Virus record (IMG/VR): IMGVR_UViG_3300029258_004419
Length of the DNA: 64,000 nt
Strand: one strand, 5' to 3'
Origin: a virus
Shown: piece after piece, positions 15,220 to 24,434 of the stretch
Numbering within the stretch: the first letter of the stretch is position 1
Layout of the letters: each line of letters opens with the position of its first letter
Program-made: the position numbers and the translations under genes
Notes under the pieces: generated by a model
What the model saw: only the letters and a program-made list of their open reading frames with translations
Told to the model about the DNA's origin: nothing
The model's database searches: none

Positions 15220-15478
15220 CCTCTTCCTCCAGCTCGCGCATCCCGTGCTTCACCTGCAGCTCCTTGATGCCGTTGAGCTCGGTACGCAGCTTGATGTCCA
15301 GCACCCCTTCGAGACAGGCTTCGATGCGAGCCACCCTCGCCTCGAGGGAGTGAGGCCGCTTCAGAACGCGTAGCTCCTTCAACCACTCCAGCACCTGTCT
15401 GGTGAGGTCAGAAGCGGCCGAAGCCTTGGTGCGCTCGAGCTCCTCGATGGCATCATCGAGGGTCCACTGCTCGCTCAT
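15209..15478 (-). CDS. hypothetical protein (coiled-coil-like)
   Basis: 89 aa. ATGA overlap with the upstream stop. Confidence 0.65.
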   Translation of the reverse strand: MSEQWTLDDAIEELERTKASAASDLTRQVLEWLKELRVLKRPHSLEARVARIEACLEGVLDIKLRTELNGIKELQVKHGMRELEEEDGT

Positions 15479-15771
15479 CGGTACCTCCAGTGATCGAAGT
15501 GCTCGGCCAGCAGGCGCAGGCCTTGAACCGCCTCAGGCCACCTGCCGGTGAAGCCGGAGAGAGTCGCGCGCATTCCCCAATCCATGTACATCCAGAGCGG
15601 TACCAGAACGTGAGTCTTGAACACTCTCGCAGCCTCTTCCTCGTCGACCTTCCGCCTACGCTCGAGGTAGCGAAGAGACGCCTCGCAGGTGGAGTAGTTG
15701 GTCCCGCCCGTCAGGAACTCGCGGGGGACGCCCAGGCCGGAGAGGATGGACCGATGCAGCTCTTCCATCAC
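15475..15771 (-). CDS. hypothetical protein
   Basis: 98 aa. ATGA overlap with the upstream stop. Confidence 0.65.
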   Translation of the reverse strand: MMEELHRSILSGLGVPREFLTGGTNYSTCEASLRYLERRRKVDEEEAARVFKTHVLVPLWMYMDWGMRATLSGFTGRWPEAVQGLRLLAEHFDHWRYR

Positions 15772-16049
15772 TCGTCTCCTTCCCAGCCCATGATGTCCTC
15801 AAGAACATCTTCTCGAATGGGCATCACCTCTGGGCGGAGCTCTCCTCCGACGGGACTCTTCTCCGGTGGCGGAGGGCAAACGCAGTAGCTGCTCTCGCCG
15901 AGCTGGCCCGATAGCTCCTTGCGCCGGTCCCGGCAGTCCGGACAGGTGCGCTCGAGAGGCCAGCCCACCTTGCAGAAGCAACCGGCCTCGCCCTTGCGGC
16001 AGTACTCGCCGTTGGCCAGCTTGGTCTCGTCGACGTCTTCGTTCTTCAT
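15768..16049 (-). CDS. hypothetical Cys-rich protein
   Basis: Trimmed to ATG 16049 (TGATG overlap). Contains GCFC..CPDC..CVC. Confidence 0.6.
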   Translation of the reverse strand: MKNEDVDETKLANGEYCRKGEAGCFCKVGWPLERTCPDCRDRRKELSGQLGESSYCVCPPPPEKSPVGGELRPEVMPIREDVLEDIMGWEGDE

Positions 16050-16510
16050 CACCCACCCCCGTCGAGCTGACGTGCCGTCTTGGGGTCTGCAGCGATGGTA
16101 GTACCCAGTCGACCGAACCACGCCTCTCTACTCGTCACCGCCTCGTCGAACGCAGTGAGGCAGCGCTGGAGGTAGTTGGCCAGGATGAAGTCCGGCGTGT
16201 TGGAGTTGTTCTCCATGCTGTGGGAGTTGATGAGCTGCTGCAACTGCCCACGGAAGGAGTCGGGATCGACTACGAGCTTTCCAGCTCTTTGCTTCCCCCG
16301 ATCGGTGAGACTGAAGTGGAACGGTCGCCGGGGGCCGCCCACGTAGACGAGGCGCTGTTTTCCCAGGTCCATCAGCGTGCGCTCGACCAGGGTGCCATCG
16401 TGGCTGCGCAGCTCCGGGAACTCCTCGCCCAAGGTCGAGAGTTCCTCCGGCCGGCCGTGCTCGTAGAGGCACCGCAGGATCAGGTTCTCGAGGTCAGTGT
16501 GGGTCTTCAT
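16049..16510 (-). CDS. hypothetical protein (N-terminal winged-helix-like)
   Basis: ATG 16510 follows GGAAGAGGAGAG. 153 aa. Confidence 0.65.
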   Translation of the reverse strand: MKTHTDLENLILRCLYEHGRPEELSTLGEEFPELRSHDGTLVERTLMDLGKQRLVYVGGPRRPFHFSLTDRGKQRAGKLVVDPDSFRGQLQQLINSHSMENNSNTPDFILANYLQRCLTAFDEAVTSREAWFGRLGTTIAADPKTARQLDGGG

Positions 16511-16886
16511 CTCGCTCTCTCCTCTTCCTAGCGACGTGCGCAGCTACGCCCTCGCCCGAAGTCCACTTCTCCATCTTGTCGCCGAGCTCGGCCACGGCGA
16601 TGACGTGCTCAGAGGTACAGCCCTCTGCTCGCATGGACTGCGCTGCCTGCGTCAGCACCTTGGTGGGACACGGGCTGGTGTGATAGTCGCAGTTGCGACA
16701 CTCCCAGTGAGCGAACATCGGCGGTTCCTCGGGGTCGATGATCCAGTCCTTCACCCACTCCAGTTTCTTCTGGCCGCACTGAGGACACTCCTGAAAGTAC
16801 ACGCGCTTGATCTGGTAGACCCAGAACGCCACGAAGAACAGGAGCACCAGCACAGATCCCACCAGCGCCAGTGCTCCGCCGGTCAT
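16494..16886 (-). CDS. membrane-anchored Zn-ribbon protein
   Basis: Trimmed to ATG 16886 (ATGA overlap). N-terminal TM helix, then CPQCG..CRNC. Confidence 0.6.
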   Translation of the reverse strand: MTGGALALVGSVLVLLFFVAFWVYQIKRVYFQECPQCGQKKLEWVKDWIIDPEEPPMFAHWECRNCDYHTSPCPTKVLTQAAQSMRAEGCTSEHVIAVAELGDKMEKWTSGEGVAAHVARKRRERDEDPH

Positions 16887-17254
16887 AGCTCGATCTCCTT
16901 GTGCCCCTCGGGGTGGCACTCGATGAAGTAGAAGCGGCTGATGGTGTCGTCCTCTTCGTACATCGCGCACAGCCGCACGTTGTCGGGCAGCTCGAGCGCA
17001 GACATCAGGCAGCCCGAGAGCACGCCGATGAAGCCGAGATGCAGACTCAGGTCCTCGTCCTGGAAGACGACGAACGGGACGTCGGAGTCGGCGAATGGCT
17101 TGTTGACAGGCACGCGGCTCTCGCACAGAGCGTGGATGGCTCTCTCGTCGAACTCGAGGGCCTTGTTGAGCGCGTCGACCACACGCTTCATCGCTTGCTT
17201 CCTGTCCGTGTCGAGGATGGACAGGGCGCGGCGGATTCGTTCTTCCTCGTTCAC
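16883..17254 (-). CDS. hypothetical protein
   Basis: GTG 17254 follows GGAGGTGAGG (GTGA overlap). 123 aa. Confidence 0.65.
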   Translation of the reverse strand: MNEEERIRRALSILDTDRKQAMKRVVDALNKALEFDERAIHALCESRVPVNKPFADSDVPFVVFQDEDLSLHLGFIGVLSGCLMSALELPDNVRLCAMYEEDDTISRFYFIECHPEGHKEIEL

Positions 17255-17784
17255 GCCTCACCTCCGTGTGGCTTGCGTCGGTCGAAGCACTGTCCGACCC
17301 ACGCCATGGTATCGGGCTTCACTCTTCTCTTCTCACCATCGTACACGAGACCCCTCTCGCAGACGATGTAGTCATCGTTGCCGGGGTCTCGAGGAGGGTA
17401 GCCCACGCAGTCGATGCACTGCGGTTCGTAGATCTGGACCGAGTGCCCGTCCCTCGGCCCCCTACCACAGGGTACCGCCGGCGTGCCATCGAGCACCTCC
17501 TGGCAGAACTTCATCGAGCACGCCTCCTCGAGCACCTGGTTCATCGTCCGGGCGAGTACGTGTGGGTCCACTCCGTGAGGCTCGACCTGCACCTCCTTCA
17601 CCACCCGCAGCACCACCACCTCCGAGTCAGGACCCGGGGCTGCAGTCCAACTCTCGGAGCTGCTTCGGCTGCCGAAGAGGCGACGCAGCACCTCCTGGAT
17701 GGGGAGGTCCCACTTGAGCGAGAGCTCCTTGACTCTCTTGCTCATCGCCTTGCTCAGGGTCAGCATCTCGGGACCGTCGCTCAT
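17251..17784 (-). CDS. hypothetical protein
   Basis: Trimmed to ATG 17784 (ATGA overlap). 177 aa. Confidence 0.6.
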   Translation of the reverse strand: MSDGPEMLTLSKAMSKRVKELSLKWDLPIQEVLRRLFGSRSSSESWTAAPGPDSEVVVLRVVKEVQVEPHGVDPHVLARTMNQVLEEACSMKFCQEVLDGTPAVPCGRGPRDGHSVQIYEPQCIDCVGYPPRDPGNDDYIVCERGLVYDGEKRRVKPDTMAWVGQCFDRRKPHGGEA

Positions 17785-17978
17785 GTCGGCCTCCAATCGA
17801 GGCAGGCGACGCAGCAAGTGCCCTCGTCATTCCTACAGCCCTTGAGTCGGGGCTCGTGGTGGACGGACTTGGGCCCCGGCACCAGGTCGCAGTTGTCGTA
17901 GTGCTCGCAGGTGCTGTCCAAGCACTCGAGCATCATCGGAATGGTGAACTCGCAGATGATGTGGTCTCCCACGATCAT
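17781..17978 (-). CDS. hypothetical Cys-rich small protein
   Basis: Trimmed to ATG 17978 (ATGA overlap, GGAGG RBS). 65 aa with 9 Cys. Confidence 0.55.
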   Translation of the reverse strand: MIVGDHIICEFTIPMMLECLDSTCEHYDNCDLVPGPKSVHHEPRLKGCRNDEGTCCVACLDWRPT

Positions 17979-18532
17979 CCTCCTTTCTCGTCGTCTGGAT
18001 GCCACCCGGCGTGGTTCATGGGCCGGCAGCCCTCTTTGCCACAGATGGAGCACACCACCGGCTGCTCTCGGAAGCGTCGAGCGGCCTCCTGGGCGGGGAT
18101 GCAACCCGGGTCGGGGTAGTCAAACGGCCTGTGCAGATCGCGGACCTCCACGACGGGCTTATCGCCTGCGCCAATCATGACGCGCTCTCCGGTCACCCAG
18201 GCCACATTCCCCTCGGGGATGTCAACTCCGAGAGATCGAAGATGGTCAGCGAACTTGGCCGGGTCGTTGAACTCCTCCGAGAGCAGCCTGAAGTCGGTGA
18301 GGGTGGTGCTCTTCTTCGTGGCCCGGCCGGTCTTGAGGACGACGGACTCGCCGTCGGTCATCTCGTAGATGCTCTTGCCCTCGGGGAGTTTGATGGGCTC
18401 GAGCTTGAAGGACTGCAGCACCCCAACGGGGGTGTCCACTCCCCAGTCGACGCCGACACACCAGTTGATGCCAGGGGGAGAGTAAGGCTTGCGGCCGGCG
18501 TTCTGACTCTCCTCGTAGTCGATGGGCTTCAT
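17975..18532 (-). CDS. hypothetical protein
   Basis: Trimmed to ATG 18532 (TGATG overlap). 185 aa with a C-terminal CSICGKEGC. Confidence 0.6.
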   Translation of the reverse strand: MKPIDYEESQNAGRKPYSPPGINWCVGVDWGVDTPVGVLQSFKLEPIKLPEGKSIYEMTDGESVVLKTGRATKKSTTLTDFRLLSEEFNDPAKFADHLRSLGVDIPEGNVAWVTGERVMIGAGDKPVVEVRDLHRPFDYPDPGCIPAQEAARRFREQPVVCSICGKEGCRPMNHAGWHPDDEKGG

Positions 18533-19080
18533 CAGGCCAGGCGGCCGTGGAAGCCAGCGACCATCTCGAGGGGCTGGCCCGCGCCGGGGACGGCGCGCTT
18601 CAGCATCCTGCCCGGAACCATGCCCATGCCGGGATGATAGTCGTGAGGGACGTTGGCCACGTAGTAGACGCCGGTGGGCTTCAGCTCGGACTTGGCGAAC
18701 CACCGACGCTCACCTCGACGCAGCTTGGTGTGGAGGGTACCTCCCTCCTCTCCTCGATCGTCTTGCACGCCCTCCTCGTTGATCTCGATGACCTCGACGA
18801 GGATCTCCTCGGCGTTGCGCTCGAGGACCACCGCTTCGATGAGGCCGTTCGAGACGATCGCTCCGGGGATGGGGATGTCCAGCGGGGGATCGATGGTGCA
18901 GGTGAGCCGGCTGGCCACCTTGCCCTGCACCCCACACATGGTGTTGGGGGCGTCCACGTTCAGCAGCTTCGCTCCGGTGGTGATGGCGGCTGCCACCTCC
19001 GCCTGGATCATCTGCTGCTGCTCGGGGTCCAGGCCGGTGATGCTGAACTCCACGGTCACGGTCTTGGTCACGTCGCCCAT
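18532..19080 (-). CDS. hypothetical protein
   Basis: Trimmed to ATG 19080, after GGGACGAGAGAG. 182 aa. Confidence 0.6.
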   Translation of the reverse strand: MGDVTKTVTVEFSITGLDPEQQQMIQAEVAAAITTGAKLLNVDAPNTMCGVQGKVASRLTCTIDPPLDIPIPGAIVSNGLIEAVVLERNAEEILVEVIEINEEGVQDDRGEEGGTLHTKLRRGERRWFAKSELKPTGVYYVANVPHDYHPGMGMVPGRMLKRAVPGAGQPLEMVAGFHGRLA

Positions 19081-19103
19081 CTCTCTCGTCCCTTCTGCTG
19101 ACG

Positions 19104-19280
19104 TCAGTGCCAGCGTTCCTTGTTGAGCTCCTTGAAGCCCTTCCACGTCTTCTTACACCGTCGGCACACGAAGTTGGACTGATCAGAGTCCCACTCTCCG
19201 AAGGTGGTTTGCTTGGTCCAGTGTCCGAGGATGAGGCACCAGAACGGGTGCATCAGCACCCGACGAAGCCGGTCAAGCAT
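19104..19280 (-). CDS. hypothetical small protein
   Basis: Trimmed to ATG 19280, 10 nt after GGAGG. 58 aa with a C-terminal CRRC. Confidence 0.5.
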   Translation of the reverse strand: MLDRLRRVLMHPFWCLILGHWTKQTTFGEWDSDQSNFVCRRCKKTWKGFKELNKERWH

Positions 19281-19336
19281 GGCTGTCCTACCTCCACGAC
19301 GCAGGGTGCACGATACACACGGTGTTGTCAAGGGGG

Positions 19337-20626
19337 CTACGCGTCCAGCAGCTTCTTGCCGAACCTCGAGGCGCCGTCCAGGTTGCCTACGTCCGAGAGA
19401 CGCAGCCCGTCCACCTCACCGATGGAGCGACCGGCGATGCCCTGCAGGTCGCCGTACATACCGCTCGTGGCCGCCACGATGCGCTCGAGCTGCTGCTCAC
19501 GCTTGGCCCACTGCTTGGTGATGGCCCGCTTCTCCTTCTCGAGGTCGGACTGCATCGCCGAGAACGCCTCGACGATGGCCTCCACTCGGTGGCGGAACTG
19601 CGGGCCGGTGAGGTACTGGTAGATCATCTCGGTCTTGGTCTGCTGTCCCTCGCCGATGGCCTTGGCCGTAGACACCTCCTGCAGCCCTTGGCGCAGCATC
19701 ACGGCGACAGGGACTACGAGGGATGGAGACACCACCCAGACTCCCTCCACCAGGTCGAACGAGGTGACGTCCTGGGGAAGGGCCGAGGAGGCGATGACCG
19801 CGACCTCGGCGCCGGCGGCGCGCTGGTCCTCGCGCAGCTTGGCCAACCACTGATGGCTCCAGGTCTTGGTCCTCTTCGACTCCCACAGGATGGTGCCGAT
19901 GAGGCCGCGGGGGCCGTTCACGCGCTGCAGGGTGTCACCGCCGTGGACGCCCTTCGGCACCGGCTCGATGGTGTCGGTCGGGAACGCAGTCCGCAGAGAC
20001 TCCTCGATTTGCAGCTCCTGAACCTCGCCCTGCAGCTGCTGCGAGCCCTGCTCCGCCTTCTGCTTGAGGTCCTCGATCTTGCGACGCATGGACTCGATGG
20101 TCTGGTCCCGCTCCGCCAGCTTGAGGCTGTTCTCCTCTCGGGCGGCGATAGTGGCCTGCGCCCGTACATCCTGGAGAGCCTCGTTGACGCGCCTCTCCAC
20201 GGTGAGGTCCAGCTCCCGGGCACGGTCGGCCAGCTCGCGCTCCTTGCGGACGGCCTCGGCCTGGGCACGCTGGGCCTCCGCCAGCTTCTCCTCACGCTGA
20301 CGGAGCTGCTCGCGGGCGTCGACGAGCTCCTGCTCCTTCTGCTGCATCTGGAACTCGTTGGAGCGCTTCTCCTCGGCCGCGATGGCTTCACGCAGGGTGG
20401 CCTTCTCCGCCTCGAGCAGCTCCATGACCCTGGCCTCGACGTTCTTCTCGGCCTGTAGGATCTTCAGCTCGCGTTCCTGGATCTCGGTCTCTCTCCTCTC
20501 GGCCTCCCTGTCCTTGGCCTCGAGCTCCTTCTGGTGCTTCTCCTTCAGATCAGCGACCAGAGGTGCAGCCAGGGACTCGGTCAGCTTGATCTCGGCATTG
20601 CACTGCGGGCAGCGAATCGTGTCCAT
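19337..20626 (-). CDS. DUF2130-like coiled-coil protein
   Basis: N-terminal Zn-ribbon MDTIRCPQCNAEIKLTESL, a long E/K/R coiled coil and a globular C-terminus. This matches the DUF2130 architecture as I recall it. Confidence 0.7.
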   Translation of the reverse strand: MDTIRCPQCNAEIKLTESLAAPLVADLKEKHQKELEAKDREAERRETEIQERELKILQAEKNVEARVMELLEAEKATLREAIAAEEKRSNEFQMQQKEQELVDAREQLRQREEKLAEAQRAQAEAVRKERELADRARELDLTVERRVNEALQDVRAQATIAAREENSLKLAERDQTIESMRRKIEDLKQKAEQGSQQLQGEVQELQIEESLRTAFPTDTIEPVPKGVHGGDTLQRVNGPRGLIGTILWESKRTKTWSHQWLAKLREDQRAAGAEVAVIASSALPQDVTSFDLVEGVWVVSPSLVVPVAVMLRQGLQEVSTAKAIGEGQQTKTEMIYQYLTGPQFRHRVEAIVEAFSAMQSDLEKEKRAITKQWAKREQQLERIVAATSGMYGDLQGIAGRSIGEVDGLRLSDVGNLDGASRFGKKLLDA

Positions 20627-20656
20627 CTCAACCTCCAGGTTAGAAGAAAGTCAGGT

Positions 20657-20678
20657 CGTTCGAGTTTCTTATAGCAGG
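20657..20678 (-). promoter_or_regulatory. promoter-like box (minus strand CCTGCTATAAGAAACTCGAACG)
   Basis: Intergenic, about 30 nt upstream of ATG 20626. Carries the GCTATAAG core. Confidence 0.45.
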
Positions 20679-20691
20679 AGAGGAGACGGAT

Positions 20692-21168
20692 TTACGTTTT
20701 CGTGGTCTTGAGTATCTCGGCGATGTGAGTAGTAGGTCGAGGCTGGCTGATCGATGGGGGGACCGTGGCACGTCCACCCCTCCCGCCAGAGGCAGCCGCG
20801 GCCATGAGCGCAGCGATGATCTTGGTCTTGAGTCCCTTACGCAGCTCGGCGAGCTGGGCTTGTTTCTCCAGCAGCCGATTCAGCTTCCAGAACTTATTGG
20901 TGACCTTGTGCATCCTACCGAGGTCGGCTTGAGTAAGACTTTTAACGGGTAGCGGCTTCTTGCTGAATAAGGACTCCAGGGGAGAGACACTTCTCTCCTT
21001 CACCGTCCCCGTAGCCCTCATCAACCTCTCGGCCAGTCCGTGTCTACCTCGCTGGGTGGCAAGGTGAGCTCGGGCACGGAGATTCCTCGCTACACTCTCC
21101 GCGTCACGAGCACCAAGACGAGGAGCGGCTGCCTTCTCCAGAAGCTGTATAGCGCGTCCAGGCTTCAT
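20692..21168 (-). CDS. hypothetical protein
   Basis: 158 aa, basic and helical. ATGA overlap with the upstream stop. Confidence 0.6.
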   Translation of the reverse strand: MKPGRAIQLLEKAAAPRLGARDAESVARNLRARAHLATQRGRHGLAERLMRATGTVKERSVSPLESLFSKKPLPVKSLTQADLGRMHKVTNKFWKLNRLLEKQAQLAELRKGLKTKIIAALMAAAASGGRGGRATVPPSISQPRPTTHIAEILKTTKT

Positions 21169-21407
21169 GTAGGTTCCAGCAGCTCAACGAGCTCGTTGGC
21201 CGCATCCTCCTCGTCTTCCTCGAGAGCTTCGCGGCAGTAGGCGGCGTCGCAGACCCACACGATTCGGTCACCGACTCCCACGGACTCGGTGGCGTCTCCG
21301 TCGCAGTAGCGGCAGGTGTGTTGCTCTTCGTCTTCCGGGCTCACGGTTTCATGGTCTCCTCCCTTCGGCACGTCTTCTGTCAGGTAAGAAGAGGATGCAC
21401 CAGGCAC
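21165..21407 (-). CDS. hypothetical acidic Cys-containing protein
   Basis: GTG 21407 follows AAAGGGGG with short spacing, so the start is uncertain. Contains CRYCDG...C..AYC. Confidence 0.5.
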   Translation of the reverse strand: MPGASSSYLTEDVPKGGDHETVSPEDEEQHTCRYCDGDATESVGVGDRIVWVCDAAYCREALEEDEEDAANELVELLEPT

Positions 21408-21429
21408 CCCCCTTTCGTCAAGATGTTCG

Positions 21430-21753
21430 TCAGCCTCTCCCCTCTGGGAGGAGCGGCAGCGAAGAAACGAGCTTCATCTCCTCGGCCTCCCTCCTCTCCA
21501 GCACCTTCTTGGCCGCAGCGGTGGCGGCCTGGGCCACTGGCCAGCGTTCCCAGTAGTCCTGCTGGTACCACACTACGTCAGGATGATTCTTGCCCCACTC
21601 CAAGCACTTCGGACAGGTAACCTCCTCGAAGATAGGGGTGCACGGCTCCGCCCCGACGCCGCAGGCACAGCGCCGGACGGTGGTCTTGGCTCCCAACATC
21701 ATCTTGAAGAAGACCGAGTAGTGACGAACCGGAACTGTGTCAGCACGATCCAT
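21430..21753 (-). CDS. hypothetical Zn-ribbon protein
   Basis: ATG 21753 follows GGAGGG. Contains CAC..C...CPKC. Confidence 0.6.
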   Translation of the reverse strand: MDRADTVPVRHYSVFFKMMLGAKTTVRRCACGVGAEPCTPIFEEVTCPKCLEWGKNHPDVVWYQQDYWERWPVAQAATAAAKKVLERREAEEMKLVSSLPLLPEGRG

Positions 21754-21976
21754 GTCGACCCTCCCTCATCTCCTGCAGTGCGGCCATGAACGCGCGGGCC
21801 TTCTGGCCGTTCAGACCGGAGCGGCTCACGATACCCTCGAACTCCTCTTCGGTCATCAGCTCCTTCTTCACCAGGTGGCCGAGGATGGCGCCGGTGGTAG
21901 CCACAGCGATAGCAGCTACGTCGAGAGCTGTTCGGACGTCTTCGGTGTTCTTCTTCACATCATCACGAAGCGACAT
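21740..21976 (-). CDS. hypothetical protein
   Basis: ATG 21976 follows GGGGGAGG. 78 aa. Confidence 0.6.
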   Translation of the reverse strand: MSLRDDVKKNTEDVRTALDVAAIAVATTGAILGHLVKKELMTEEEFEGIVSRSGLNGQKARAFMAALQEMREGRHGSC

Positions 21977-22613
21977 CGTCGTCCTCCCCCGGGTTGCCCG
22001 GCTGTGGGTGTGAGGCGGCGTAGGTGAGCTCCGAGGAGTGGAGGGTCATCCCTGCGTCCGAGAAGCAGTCCTTCACTGTCCCATGCGACAGCACGGCCAT
22101 CGCCCTGCCCACGTTCTGCTCGAACGAGCCCGGCTCGTCGAGCTGGACCCGCATCCTCACCGTCATCACGACGTGGGCGCGGAGGCAGTCCCTGCAAACC
22201 GGGAAGTCGTGTCCGTTATCGTCCTTGAGCCACTCGCAGTCGTCGGGAGGCTTCTTCTCCTGACACCACTGGCAGAGCAGCTTGCCCTCGTAGTCGAAGA
22301 AGAGGATGCGCATGGTAGGTATCTCTAGCGGGCTGAATGCCACGCACTTACCAGCACCCTCGAGTAACCTCTTCTCCATCTCCTCGACGAGCGCCTGGTT
22401 GAGGTTGTCGGGGTCATAGCGCACCTGATTGGCCTGGACGCGGTCGTGGTGAGCAGTGCGCTCGGGGCGGGCATACCAGAGGTCGAAGCCAGGACGGGTG
22501 TAGGCCACCCAAGGCTCCTCGGTCTCCTGGCAGCGCTTCATCGCGTAGCTGGCTGCGTCCCAACGACTGGGATGGCCGAGCAAGTCCAACTCGGTCTGCG
22601 ATCTATCGCCCAT
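21963..22613 (-). CDS. hypothetical protein
   Basis: Trimmed to ATG 22613, after GAGGAGG. 216 aa with CQWC...CRDC. Confidence 0.65.
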   Translation of the reverse strand: MGDRSQTELDLLGHPSRWDAASYAMKRCQETEEPWVAYTRPGFDLWYARPERTAHHDRVQANQVRYDPDNLNQALVEEMEKRLLEGAGKCVAFSPLEIPTMRILFFDYEGKLLCQWCQEKKPPDDCEWLKDDNGHDFPVCRDCLRAHVVMTVRMRVQLDEPGSFEQNVGRAMAVLSHGTVKDCFSDAGMTLHSSELTYAASHPQPGNPGEDDDVAS

Positions 22614-22614
22614 C

Positions 22615-22971
22615 TTACACCTCCTCGATGTCGAGCTGCTCCAGGATGTCGACCCGAAGCGAGAGAGCCTCGTCTCCATCATCCTCGAGCATTCGTCGCA
22701 GAAGCACCGGCAAGCTCTCCCGGCTCACCTTGCAGTGGAGCTTGACCGCGAAGACGGTCCCGTCCTTGAGCTTGTGCTCCACCCACTCGTAGCTATCGCC
22801 GCGGTCTGGGATGAAGCACGCCTCGAGGTGAGCGTCGATGCCCTGGTTGACCAGCTGCTCCACAACCTGTCCAGCCTCGCCGACGAGCTCCATCGTGAAG
22901 TGGTCTGGTGCTCGCTCGATGATGACCTCGGGTGGGGTTTCGCCCATTGAGAACGTGAGCTCTTCCGACAT
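22615..22971 (-). CDS. hypothetical protein
   Basis: 118 aa, acidic. Starts 2 nt after the upstream stop. Confidence 0.65.
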   Translation of the reverse strand: MSEELTFSMGETPPEVIIERAPDHFTMELVGEAGQVVEQLVNQGIDAHLEACFIPDRGDSYEWVEHKLKDGTVFAVKLHCKVSRESLPVLLRRMLEDDGDEALSLRVDILEQLDIEEV

Positions 22972-22972
22972 C

Positions 22973-23578
22973 TCACACCCCCAACTTCATCCACACCGTA
23001 GGATTGCTGGTCAGGTCGTCCAGCACGTTGGTGTGGAGCACACGCATGATCCTCTCGTCGTTGAGCTCGAAGAGGCGCCCGAGGAACATCTCCGGCCGAA
23101 GAGGCTCCTCTGGAAGATACAGCACTTCCACGCCAGCCTCGTTCAGCATGTCTGTGCCTTCCTGATCGGGGTAGCCCTCGCGGAATACGACCTTGACGAT
23201 CTTGGCGTTGATGATCTTCCTCGCGCAGATGGTGCAGGGCTGCAGGGAGGTGTAGAGCACGCCGCCCTTGGCCTGGGGACCGGCCCGGAGCATCGCGTTC
23301 TCCTCTGCGTGGACGGCCCGGCAGTGCTCCTGGTGGGTACCGCTCTCGATGCCGTCCCTGGTCCTCATGCAACCGCCCAGCTCGGAGCAGTGCTTCATCC
23401 CGCTCGGCGCTCCGTTGTACCCGGTGGCCACGATCTGGTTGTCGACCGTGATGATGGCTCCGACGTGATGCCGCTCGCAGGTGGAACGCCGACCGATGAG
23501 GTGCAGCATGTCCGCGAAGTAGTGGTCCCAGTCGGGCCTGTTGTCGGAGACGAATGGGCGGTATTGGCTGGAGTTCAT
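22973..23578 (-). CDS. deoxycytidylate (dCMP) deaminase
   Basis: Zinc-binding motifs HAEENA and PCTICARK are at the ComEB/dCMP-deaminase spacing. 201 aa. Confidence 0.85.
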   Translation of the reverse strand: MNSSQYRPFVSDNRPDWDHYFADMLHLIGRRSTCERHHVGAIITVDNQIVATGYNGAPSGMKHCSELGGCMRTRDGIESGTHQEHCRAVHAEENAMLRAGPQAKGGVLYTSLQPCTICARKIINAKIVKVVFREGYPDQEGTDMLNEAGVEVLYLPEEPLRPEMFLGRLFELNDERIMRVLHTNVLDDLTSNPTVWMKLGV

Positions 23579-24009
23579 GCAGCCTCCCTGCGCAGCTTGA
23601 GGTAAAGGACTTCCTCTCGGCGTCGTTCGAGCTGTTCCTGGAGCGCGATGATGTGGCGACGGATGGCCACCGTGCTCACTCCGTAGAGGCGAGCGAGATC
23701 GACGAGACGGGCACCCGACTCCCGACGCTCGAGCAGCGTGGGCCCCGGCACCTCCAGCTGCCTGTCGATCCAGTTGTCGCGCGTGACCTCCTTGTTGCGG
23801 TATCCGCCGTGCTGCCGCTTGGGTACCCGTTGCTCGACGAGGATACGGTTGACGAGGGTGCGGGAGATGCTGAACCTACCGGCCGTGTCTTCCATCGAAT
23901 GCCCAGCTCGGTAGTAGTCGCAGACCCCACGCACCTCCTCCTGGGTGAGCGGCCGGCGCTCGGAGTCGATGGTGTAGTACTCTCCGTGATCACACGGTGT
24001 CGCAGGCAT
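23575..24009 (-). CDS. DNA-binding protein with two HTH-like segments
   Basis: Trimmed to ATG 24009 (TGATG overlap). SMEDTAGRFSISRTLVNRIL and LVDLARLYGVSTVAIRRHI are HTH-like. Confidence 0.6.
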   Translation of the reverse strand: MPATPCDHGEYYTIDSERRPLTQEEVRGVCDYYRAGHSMEDTAGRFSISRTLVNRILVEQRVPKRQHGGYRNKEVTRDNWIDRQLEVPGPTLLERRESGARLVDLARLYGVSTVAIRRHIIALQEQLERRREEVLYLKLRREAA

Positions 24010-24434
24010 CAAACACCTCCCGCGCTGTCGCACCCCTGCTCGGAGCAGGCGTCACAGCACTTGTCGTCAACACGACACCGCTCGCACACCTCGGCGTCGC
24101 AGCCCTCGATCTCCTCCCAGGGAACGGTGCGGTGGCAGCGCTTGCACTCCGCCTCTCCGGGGGGTTGAATGGCCAGCTCCTGCCTGATTCGGTCGAGCTC
24201 GGCCGAGAGATCCCGATGGGTCTCGTCCAGAGCCTCGAAGACCTTGAGGGAGTTGTATCGCTTGCCACAACGCTCCATCGTGTTCTGCAGGATCCTGATG
24301 GCGACGTCCGCGGCCGAGAGGGAAGGATCTCCGATTACGAAGAGCTGGGACTGCAGCCAGACCTGCACCTCCCAGGGGATGGGGGTGGCCTCAAGCGGGC
24401 CGGGCGGCTTGCGCCCCTTGTGCACCAGGATCAT
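24009..24434 (-). CDS. hypothetical protein with Cys-rich C-terminus
   Basis: 141 aa. ATGA overlap. Contains CKRC...C..C.RC..CC.AC. Confidence 0.6.
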   Translation of the reverse strand: MILVHKGRKPPGPLEATPIPWEVQVWLQSQLFVIGDPSLSAADVAIRILQNTMERCGKRYNSLKVFEALDETHRDLSAELDRIRQELAIQPPGEAECKRCHRTVPWEEIEGCDAEVCERCRVDDKCCDACSEQGCDSAGGV